Shown piece after piece: positions 11,607 through 19,165 of a stretch of DNA of 64,000 nucleotides (positions are counted from its first letter, which is position 1; each line of letters starts with the position of its first letter). The stretch covers positions 20,667 through 84,666 of the forward strand of contig JAJQAH010000101.1 in the NCBI GenBank assembly GCA_021203885.1, read 5' to 3'. The notes below the pieces were generated by a model. The model saw only the letters and a list, made by a program, of their open reading frames with translations. It was not told the origin of the DNA and made no database searches. This stretch comes from Oscillospiraceae bacterium (lineage in GTDB: Bacteria > Bacillota > Clostridia > Oscillospirales > Oscillospiraceae). The position numbers were made by a program, and so were the translations under genes.

Positions 11607-12179
11607 TCAGCGCACGGCCGTGACCAGTTCCTCCTTGGACTTGTGCTCGGGCTCAGCGGGTTTGTCCCCTTTCCTGTATCCAAGTGCGATGGCGCAGACC
11701 GTCCGATATCCTTCCGGGATGTGCAGGCGTTCCTTCAGCGCCTGTCCCTCATCGCTCTCGAACATAAACAGGGAGGACGCAGTCACACAGGACGAAAGTC
11801 CCATCTCTTCCGCTGCGGCCACGACCAGGCCGGCGGCAATCCCGCAGTCCGTCTGTACATGAAAACTGGCATCCAGATCACCCGATACGAACAGGACCGT
11901 GGGCGCATGGTGCAGCGGCGAGTATCCCGGCGTGGACGCTTTTCTCCTTTGATCCTGGGAGCCCTCCAGCATGTGCTGACGGATCAGCTCCGCCATATGA
12001 TCCAGAAGCTTCCGGTCCTGGACAACGCTGAAGTGATACCGCTGGTTGTTGTGGGCGGAAGGCGAAGTCGAAGCGATCTGTAAAAGAGTCTGCAGTTCCT
12101 CCTCGCTGATCTGCCGGTCGGGGTCAAGATTTCGAACGCTGCGGCGTTCCAGTAATTTCTCAACAGCTTGATTCTCCAT
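11607..12179 (-). CDS. nitroreductase-family protein
   Basis: 190 aa. RRSVRNL...SPSAHNNQRYHF motif typical of the NADH oxidase/flavin reductase nitroreductase fold. Confidence 0.85.
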   Translation of the reverse strand: MENQAVEKLLERRSVRNLDPDRQISEEELQTLLQIASTSPSAHNNQRYHFSVVQDRKLLDHMAELIRQHMLEGSQDQRRKASTPGYSPLHHAPTVLFVSGDLDASFHVQTDCGIAAGLVVAAAEEMGLSSCVTASSLFMFESDEGQALKERLHIPEGYRTVCAIALGYRKGDKPAEPEHKSKEELVTAVR

Positions 12180-12219
12180 AAAAATTACTCCTTCTAAGGC
12201 TTTGCGCCTGGATTTTTTG

Positions 12220-12234
12220 TTGTTAATCTAACAA
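12220..12234 (-). promoter_or_regulatory. perfect dyad TTGTTA-ATC-TAACAA (T-N11-A type, candidate LysR-type operator)
   Basis: 15-bp palindrome immediately downstream of the predicted -10 of the nitroreductase gene. Confidence 0.4.
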
Positions 12235-12242
12235 GTAAGTAT

Positions 12243-12271
12243 ATTATACATTATCGGCACGGTTCCCGCAA
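12243..12271 (-). promoter_or_regulatory. sigma-A-type promoter of the nitroreductase gene
   Basis: On the minus strand: TTGCGG, 17 nt, TATAAT with an upstream TG (extended -10). Confidence 0.5.
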
Positions 12272-12391
12272 CCACAAAAATTACGGATTTGGCGATGCGG
12301 ATACCCGTGCACAGAAAATCCGGTGTCTGACTGTCCGTACATGCCTGTTCCCAGCCCTATGGGGCACATGCTGCCGGCAACTGCAGACCTG

Positions 12392-13285
12392 TCATACCAG
12401 CCCAAGACTTTTCAGCAGATATAGCCAGAACGTAAAGGTAAACGCACTGCATATGGTCGTGATCATGACCGTACTGGCGCTGAGCGTCCCCTCGTGTCCC
12501 ATGCTGCGGGCCATAGTGAAACAGGTCACGGTGGTGGGCGACCCCAGCATAATCAGAATCGCCACCAGCACATCTCCCCGGCAGCCCATCAGGATGGCCA
12601 GAGGCGTGAACGCGGCCACAAAAAGAATCAGTTTGAATACGCTGGACACCACTGCCGGTTTCAGACATTTCACGGACTGTTTCAGGTTGATCGAGGCGCC
12701 CAGGGCAATCAGGCCGAGAGGCGTGGCTGTCGCAGCGAACATGGAGACCGCGCTGGAGAAGAAAGTCGGCTCCGGGATCCTCAGCACGGACCACAAAAGC
12801 CCCACAACGACGCCTATGATAATCGGATTCGTTACGATTCCTTTCACAGCCTTGAGCAAAGTCTGACGGTTCAGCCGGCTGCCCGGGGTCATCAGCGTCA
12901 GCAGGATCACGGCCGCCACATTATAAAGCGGTACCGAGCCCAGGATAATCAGGGACAGGGGGCCCGTGGTTCCGTATATGTTCTGCATCAGCGCGGCGCC
13001 CAGCAGCGCTATGCTGCTCCGGTAACTGCTCTGTGTAAATTCCGCCCTCAGCGACTTGTCTTTCCAGAGAAATGACACGGCGAGGGCGATCAGGACCGAC
13101 GCCAGCGAGACGCCCAGGCAGAACAGGACGACCCCGCCGTCCCAGGCGGAATAAAAATCGGACTCCGCGAGATCTTGAAAAAGCTGGACCGGCAGGGCCG
13201 CTTTGAATACGAAATCATTCAGTTTGCCGGCAAAATTATCGGAGAGCAGAGGTGTCTTATGGAGGGCGAACCCCAGTACCATCAT
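12392..13285 (-). CDS. AEC-family (auxin efflux carrier) transporter; 5' end unresolved, reading frame is open up to 13354
   Basis: 297 aa from the first ATG, a multi-TM protein with AEC-like repeats. The in-frame upstream peptide ...TENLVFSLNATVPVFL completes the first TM helix but has no ATG/GTG/TTG (see findings). Confidence 0.8.
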   Translation of the reverse strand: MMVLGFALHKTPLLSDNFAGKLNDFVFKAALPVQLFQDLAESDFYSAWDGGVVLFCLGVSLASVLIALAVSFLWKDKSLRAEFTQSSYRSSIALLGAALMQNIYGTTGPLSLIILGSVPLYNVAAVILLTLMTPGSRLNRQTLLKAVKGIVTNPIIIGVVVGLLWSVLRIPEPTFFSSAVSMFAATATPLGLIALGASINLKQSVKCLKPAVVSSVFKLILFVAAFTPLAILMGCRGDVLVAILIMLGSPTTVTCFTMARSMGHEGTLSASTVMITTICSAFTFTFWLYLLKSLGLV

Positions 13286-13385
13286 CAGAAAAACAGGAAC
13301 GGTAGCGTTCAGACTGAATACTAAATTTTCCGTATCTTTTCGCCTCTTCTCCCGTTAGCTTCTGATCTTCCGGTATTCGCTATGT

Positions 13386-13413
13386 CTGGAAAAAGCCGTC
13401 CCAAACGGCCTTT
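13386..13413 (-). terminator. intrinsic terminator after the lipoprotein gene
   Basis: Minus strand: AAAGGCCGT-TTGGG-ACGGCTTTTTCC. Confidence 0.5.
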
Positions 13414-13417
13414 CTAA

Positions 13418-14521
13418 TTAATTTTGCTCTGCCGCTTCTTCCTCATCCTGGCAGGCGGGATAATCCGTCCTGTCCCAGTCGTACGGAGCCATCCCGGTCA
13501 GTTCATTGTCCGTCAGTCCGAACAGACCGTCAGACAGGTCAACATGCCTGGACTGATCGTCCTCCGTCACGATATTCCAGAAGTGATCCTCTCCCCGCAG
13601 ACTTCCCTGCACGATCACGCTTTCCACATTGGAAAGGTCGCACAGGAGCTGATAGGCAAGAGCCGCCCCCTCACTGTCAACAAGCTGGCCGTTCAGAGCC
13701 GCCCAGGCAGTGCCGGAGACATTCTCGTCCGTTTCCTCATTCTCCTGATGTTCCAGCCGCTCCTCCAGCAGATTGAACAGCGTCTGCGCCGATGGATCCC
13801 CGCCCCGGACCGTGTTCAGCAGTTCCTGCGCCATCTCCTGTGTCTGCCGGCTGCGCTCTGCCAGGATCTCCGTGTCCTCATCATAGGAAAAATCGATTTC
13901 CACAATCCGCTGGCTCCCGCTGTCCGGATAAAATGTAATGTTCATCTCCGGGAAGCCCTGTGCGGACGCGGGATCGCTGTAATAGGCTTCTTTTGCCAGG
14001 TCTTCAATATCACCGGCATCGCCGTCAAAGTAGTTCAGATAGAGAACGGCCTGATCCGAAAAGCCGGCCATCGCATCGGATAACTGCTGACGGATGGCGC
14101 TTCTCCCCGTGACGTCCACGATCTGCTCGGCCTGTTCCTGGGTGTGGCGGTAGGCGAAAGTCAGATCCACCTCATAATAGGTAACCAGGAGGGTATATTC
14201 CTGCTTGATATATTCCACCATATAGGCTCCGTAAGGATCCTCCTGTGTCACTTCCAGACAGGCCCGGGCCAGATCGTCGCCCACATCCCCCGTGTAATTG
14301 TACAGGTTGATCACGCCGCTGTCCACGCCCTGCTCGACCAGGTACAGCACGGAATTGACCAGTTCCTGATAATTCTCCACGCGCAGGGCGGAAGAGTTGT
14401 CATCGGCTGTGGAGACCGGCTCGTAGGTGGTCACCTGCTGGTAATCCCGGTCCAGAATGGAACCGCAGCCCGTCAGAATAAGGGCGGCCGTCAGCATTAA
14501 TGCCGCAGCGGTTCTTTTCAT
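13418..14521 (-). CDS. putative lipoprotein, function unknown
   Basis: 367 aa. Signal peptide with lipobox LILTG|C, acidic mature protein. The C-terminal HFWNIV...HVDLSD recalls a transglutaminase-like core. Confidence 0.6.
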   Translation of the reverse strand: MKRTAAALMLTAALILTGCGSILDRDYQQVTTYEPVSTADDNSSALRVENYQELVNSVLYLVEQGVDSGVINLYNYTGDVGDDLARACLEVTQEDPYGAYMVEYIKQEYTLLVTYYEVDLTFAYRHTQEQAEQIVDVTGRSAIRQQLSDAMAGFSDQAVLYLNYFDGDAGDIEDLAKEAYYSDPASAQGFPEMNITFYPDSGSQRIVEIDFSYDEDTEILAERSRQTQEMAQELLNTVRGGDPSAQTLFNLLEERLEHQENEETDENVSGTAWAALNGQLVDSEGAALAYQLLCDLSNVESVIVQGSLRGEDHFWNIVTEDDQSRHVDLSDGLFGLTDNELTGMAPYDWDRTDYPACQDEEEAAEQN

Positions 14522-14566
14522 CGGCTCTTCCCCCCTCCTCCTGTTTTCTCCCGGGGAACCGGGGCA

Positions 14567-16810
14567 TCAATCCAGCAGACTGGTCTGGATCTCGCCCTTA
14601 TCTTCCCCCTTCAGTAACGCGCCGACTGCCGGCAGGGTTTTCGCGCGATAGCGGCTGACGTTTTGGATCGGCGTCTCAGCCAGCGGGCGGGCCCATTCCA
14701 CCTGACGCCTCGGTTTCAGCGACATGACCCGGACGCCCTGTGTGTTGCGGGATGTCTTCGGATTTAATACGGATGTGTTGAAAATGACGGCCCGTCCGTC
14801 TGTGGACGCGACGGCAACATCCGTATCTTCTTTCAGCAGCATCGCCGATACCAGGGGGCTCTTGTCACTGTAAGCCCCGGTCAGCCGCCGGCGGCGGGTC
14901 TGGGTCTTATAGGAGGAAAGCTCCACGCGGGCGGCCTTTCCGTTTTGAAAGAAGAACAGCAGATTCCCGCTGTAATCCCCGGCCAGGCAGGCCCAGACCG
15001 GCACCTCGTCCTCATCGAATCCCAGCTTGGTGGGCAGGTAATCCCCCAGAACGCTGGCTTTGCTGTCTTCGAAATCGCACAGCCGGGTCTTATAGCACTG
15101 CTGCCGGTTGGTAAAGACCAGAAGTTCCGCCGCGTTGCTTGTCTCCCACGACTGGGCCAGGCTGTCTCCCTCTTTATATTTCTGATCCGAGGACATACGG
15201 AGAGACTGAGGCGTGATCTTTTTCAGGTACCCTTCACGGGACAGAAACAGGAAAACAGGATAATCCGCAATGTCTTCCGGTTCCTCCGGCATCTCCGGTT
15301 CCACATCATAGAGAATCTCCGTACGGCGGGGAACGGCGTACTTTTTTTTGACCTGTGTCAGTTCCCTGACTATGATCTTTTTGATGCGTCTCGGGTGATC
15401 CACAATATCTTTCAGATCGGCGATCTCTTCTTCCAGAGACGAGGTCTCCTCCACCCGTTTCAGGATAAATTCCTTATTGATATTCCTCAGACGGATATCG
15501 GCCACATATTCCGCCTGGGCCTGGTCGATCCCGAACCCGATCATTAAATTCGGGACCACTTCGGCGTCTTCTTCGGTATCACGGATGATCTGGATCGCCC
15601 TGTCGATATCCAGCAGGATCTTTTTCAGGCCGAGGAGCAGATGAAGCTTCTCTTCCTGTTTTTTCATAATGTAATAGGTGCGGCGCCGGACGCTCTCCAT
15701 GCGCCATGCCGTCCATTCCTCCAGGATCTGCCGGATCCCCAGCACCTGCGGCGTCCCGGCGATCAGAATATTAAAATTGCAGCCGAAGGAATCCTGAAGG
15801 GTCGTGGTTCGGAACAGCTTTGCCATCAGCTTCTCCGGGTCGGTCCCCCGTTTTAGATCGATCGCCAGCTTCAGCCCGGACAGATCCGTCTCGTCCCGCA
15901 TATCCGAAATTTCCCTGATCTTCCCCGCTTTGATCAGCTCCGCCACTTTGTCGATGATCGCTTCCGTCGTGGTGGTATAGGGGATCTCATAGATTTCGAT
16001 CAGATTGGACTTTTTATCATAGCGCCAGCGGCCCCTTATCTTCACCGACCCACGGCCGGTCTCGTAGATCTCGGCCATCTCGTCCCGGTCGTACAGCAGC
16101 TGTCCGCCGGTTGGGAAATCAGGCGCTTTCAGGATGGACAGCAGGTCACAGTTTGGGTCCTCCATATAGGCAATTTCCGCATCACACACTTCGCCCAGAT
16201 TAAATCCGCACAGGTTGGATGCCATGCCCACGGCGATCCCCTGATTGGCCGAGACCAGCACATTCGGGAAGGTGGTCGGCAGAAGCGCCGGTTCTTTCGC
16301 GGAGCCGTCATAATTGTCCACAAAGTCTACCGTATCGAGATCGATATCGCCGAAGATCTCCCCGCAGATGGGATCCAGCCGTGCCTCGGTATACCTGGAG
16401 GCCGCCCATGCCATATCCCTGGAGTAGATCTTGCCGAAATTCCCCTTGGAATCCACGAACGGATGCAGAAGCGCACCATAGCCTTTGGAAAGCCGGACCA
16501 TGGTATCATAGATCGCCGCGTCACCGTGGGGGTTCAGATGCATGGTCTGCCCCACGATATTCGCGCTCTTCGTCCGCGGGCCGCCCAGCAGTTTCATCTG
16601 GTACATCGTATACAGCAGTTTGCGGTGGGACGGCTTGAACCCGTCGATCTCCGGAATGGCCCTGGAGATGATCACGCTCATGGCATAGGGCATATAATTG
16701 ACTTCCAGCGTCTCCGTAATCGGCTGCTCCAGCACTTCCGGCCGCAGGCCCATCACATCCGGATTATTTGCTTTTTTCCCGCTTCCTTCCGGGCTTTTTT
16801 TCTTTGGCAA
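14567..16810 (-). CDS. parC: type IIA DNA topoisomerase subunit A (ParC/GyrA-like, divergent)
   Basis: 747 aa. ...YAMSVIISRAIPEIDGFKPSHRKLLYTM... carries the active-site Tyr region. Placed directly after the B subunit. Confidence 0.8.
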   Translation of the reverse strand: MPKKKSPEGSGKKANNPDVMGLRPEVLEQPITETLEVNYMPYAMSVIISRAIPEIDGFKPSHRKLLYTMYQMKLLGGPRTKSANIVGQTMHLNPHGDAAIYDTMVRLSKGYGALLHPFVDSKGNFGKIYSRDMAWAASRYTEARLDPICGEIFGDIDLDTVDFVDNYDGSAKEPALLPTTFPNVLVSANQGIAVGMASNLCGFNLGEVCDAEIAYMEDPNCDLLSILKAPDFPTGGQLLYDRDEMAEIYETGRGSVKIRGRWRYDKKSNLIEIYEIPYTTTTEAIIDKVAELIKAGKIREISDMRDETDLSGLKLAIDLKRGTDPEKLMAKLFRTTTLQDSFGCNFNILIAGTPQVLGIRQILEEWTAWRMESVRRRTYYIMKKQEEKLHLLLGLKKILLDIDRAIQIIRDTEEDAEVVPNLMIGFGIDQAQAEYVADIRLRNINKEFILKRVEETSSLEEEIADLKDIVDHPRRIKKIIVRELTQVKKKYAVPRRTEILYDVEPEMPEEPEDIADYPVFLFLSREGYLKKITPQSLRMSSDQKYKEGDSLAQSWETSNAAELLVFTNRQQCYKTRLCDFEDSKASVLGDYLPTKLGFDEDEVPVWACLAGDYSGNLLFFFQNGKAARVELSSYKTQTRRRRLTGAYSDKSPLVSAMLLKEDTDVAVASTDGRAVIFNTSVLNPKTSRNTQGVRVMSLKPRRQVEWARPLAETPIQNVSRYRAKTLPAVGALLKGEDKGEIQTSLLD

Positions 16811-16862
16811 ATCGTTTCATTCCTCCTATTACAGCAGGTCTCAAAAAGGTGGTCAAGCACAT

Positions 16863-18848
16863 TCAGGAAATATCCACCTGCTCCAGATACTGATACCCGA
16901 ATTCCTCGATATGTTCCTTGCGCCCCTGAAGATTTTCCCCCAGCAGCAGGTCAAAGATCATGGCCGTATGTTCGGCATCTTCCGGCATCACCTTGATCAG
17001 ACGCCGGGTCTCCGGGTTCATGGTGGTCAGCCACATCATTTCCGGATCATTCTCGCCCAGTCCCTTGGAGCGGTTAATGGTGACCTTTTTCCCCGCCAGC
17101 TCTCCGTTCACGATGTCATTTTTTTCCTTGTCGGAATAGGCGAACCAGGTCTTATCCTTGTATATGATCTCGTACAGGGGCGATTCCGCAATATAGACAA
17201 ATCCTTTTTCGATCAGGGCAGGTGTCAGACGATACAGCATGGTCAGGATCAGTGTCCGGATCTGGAACCCGTCCACATCGGCATCCGTACAGATGATGAC
17301 CTTGCTCCACCTGAGATTTTCCAGGTCGAAGGCCGCCAGGTCCTTCCCTCTTTTTTCACTGACCGCGACCCCGCATCCCAGCACCCGTATCAGATCTGTA
17401 ATGATCTCGCTCTTGAAAATCCGGGCATAGTCAGCTTTCAGGCAGTTGAGGATCTTTCCCCGTACCGGCATGATCCCCTGGAACTCGGCGTCCCGGGAAA
17501 GTTTCACGCTGCCGAGAGCGGAGTCTCCTTCCACGATATACAATTCTCTGCGGGCCACTTCCCGCGTACGGCAGTCGACAAACTTTTGAACACGGTTGGA
17601 GATATCGGTATTCCCGGTCAGCTTCTTTTTGATATTCAGCCGGGTCTTCTCCGCGGTTTCCCTAGATCGCTTGTTGATCAGCACCTGTTCGCCGATCTTC
17701 TGGGCGTCGGCCGGGTTCTCGATGAAATAGACCTCCATCTGGCTTTTGACGAAGTCGGTCATGGCCTCCTGGATAAACTTGTTGTTGATCGCTTTTTTGG
17801 TCTGGTTTTCGTAAGATGTCCGTGTGGAGAAGTTGTTGGTCACCAGGATCAGACAGTCCTGGATATCATTCCACGTCAGCTTACTCTCGTTTTTCTGATA
17901 TTTCCCCTGTTGCTTCAGATAGGAATCGATGGCCGAGACCATAGCGGAGCGCACCGCCTTGTCCGGACTGCCGCCATGTTCCAGCCATGAGGAGTTATGA
18001 TAGTGCTCGATTGCCTGCACGCGGTTTGAAAAACACATGGCCAGCGAGAGCCTGACTTTATACTCCGGTTTGTCCGGCCGGTCACGTCCCTGCCTTTCCG
18101 TCTGCCAGAACACCGGCTGTGTCAGGCTCTCCTCTCCGGCCAGCTCGGCCACGTAATCTTCGATGCCGTTTTCATAATAAAAGACGGTGTTTTCAAATCT
18201 GCCGCCGGCCACCTCGTTCCGTAATTTAAACGTCACCCCGGCATTGACCACCGCCTGTTTCTTCATTACATCCAGATAATATTCCAGGGGAATATCGATA
18301 TCCGTAAAGACCTGCAGATCCGGTTTCCAGTGAAAAACCGAGCCGGTCCGTTTCCCCCGGTCGGTCGGCTCCTTTTGAAGGCCCCCTACGTTTTCTCCGT
18401 TTTCAAAATGCAGCGTATATTTAAACCCGTCCCTGTGGATCTCCGCGTCAAAATATTCGCTGGCATACTGCGTCGCGCAGGCGCCCAGTCCGTTCAGCCC
18501 CAGCGAATATTCATAGTCGCCTTCTTCTCCATCGCCGTACTTTCCGCCGGCGTATAATTCACAGAAAACCAGTTCCCAGTTGTATTTTCCTTCTTTCTCA
18601 TTCCAGTCCACCGGACAGCCCCGTCCATGATCCTCGACCTGAATGGAATGATCCAGAAAACGGGTCAGCGTGATCTCATTGCCGAATCCCTCCCGCGCCT
18701 CGTCGATGGCATTGGACAGGATCTCGAATACGGCATGCTGACACCCTTCCAGTCCGTCGGAGCCGAAAATAACACCCGGGCGTTTGCGTACCCGCTCGGC
18801 CCCTTTCAGCGAATAGATAGATTCATTCCCATAGTTTTTTTTAGGCAT
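16863..18848 (-). CDS. parE: type IIA DNA topoisomerase subunit B (ParE/GyrB-like, divergent)
   Basis: 661 aa. GHKL ATPase N-terminus (VFEILSNAIDEA), Toprim EGDSA and PVRGKILN motifs. Confidence 0.8.
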   Translation of the reverse strand: MPKKNYGNESIYSLKGAERVRKRPGVIFGSDGLEGCQHAVFEILSNAIDEAREGFGNEITLTRFLDHSIQVEDHGRGCPVDWNEKEGKYNWELVFCELYAGGKYGDGEEGDYEYSLGLNGLGACATQYASEYFDAEIHRDGFKYTLHFENGENVGGLQKEPTDRGKRTGSVFHWKPDLQVFTDIDIPLEYYLDVMKKQAVVNAGVTFKLRNEVAGGRFENTVFYYENGIEDYVAELAGEESLTQPVFWQTERQGRDRPDKPEYKVRLSLAMCFSNRVQAIEHYHNSSWLEHGGSPDKAVRSAMVSAIDSYLKQQGKYQKNESKLTWNDIQDCLILVTNNFSTRTSYENQTKKAINNKFIQEAMTDFVKSQMEVYFIENPADAQKIGEQVLINKRSRETAEKTRLNIKKKLTGNTDISNRVQKFVDCRTREVARRELYIVEGDSALGSVKLSRDAEFQGIMPVRGKILNCLKADYARIFKSEIITDLIRVLGCGVAVSEKRGKDLAAFDLENLRWSKVIICTDADVDGFQIRTLILTMLYRLTPALIEKGFVYIAESPLYEIIYKDKTWFAYSDKEKNDIVNGELAGKKVTINRSKGLGENDPEMMWLTTMNPETRRLIKVMPEDAEHTAMIFDLLLGENLQGRKEHIEEFGYQYLEQVDIS

Positions 18849-18909
18849 AGCATATCCTCGCTTCTGTGATTATGCAGATCCTGCAGATTTCCTGCAAATC
18901 TGCACAATT

Positions 18910-18938
18910 ATTTTAACATAATTTTGCTAAATATACAA
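18910..18938 (-). promoter_or_regulatory. sigma-A-type promoter P1 (parE-parC operon)
   Basis: Minus strand: TTGTAT, 17 nt, TAAAAT with an upstream TG. Belongs to a three-member near-identical promoter family. Confidence 0.6.
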
Positions 18939-19054
18939 TGCCTGTGCCGCGCCCGGCCCGGCTCGGGGCGTGTAGCAGCACGACCATCCAAAGCCCGCGT
19001 CCGCAGGCTCAATACTCTTTCCGCAAATTAATCAATTATTTGTTGATTTTTCTG

Positions 19055-19083
19055 TTGACAATTCTTATCAGTTGATTTATACT
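19055..19083 (+). promoter_or_regulatory. near-consensus sigma-A promoter of the S24-repressor/Y-polymerase cassette
   Basis: TTGACA (19055-19060), 17 nt, TATACT (19078-19083). Flanked and overlapped by TTGATT repeats. Confidence 0.65.
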
Positions 19084-19165
19084 TTAGTTGCGCCAAAATC
19101 TGAACCCCGTCAGCGAAAATCCTCCCGGACTGCCCGGAGGGTAAGCCGGATTACATGAGAGGAGT

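Noticed and set aside
18933-18950. Sigma-54-like appearance of CGGCAC-N5-TTGTA in promoters P1 and P2 (compare TGGCAC-N5-TTGCA).
   Set aside because: The near-invariant -12 GC is GT here. The third family member (42661-42697) lacks the GGCAC block at the correct spacing. A well-spaced sigma-A -35/extended -10 explains the sequence, and no enhancer-binding protein gene is nearby.
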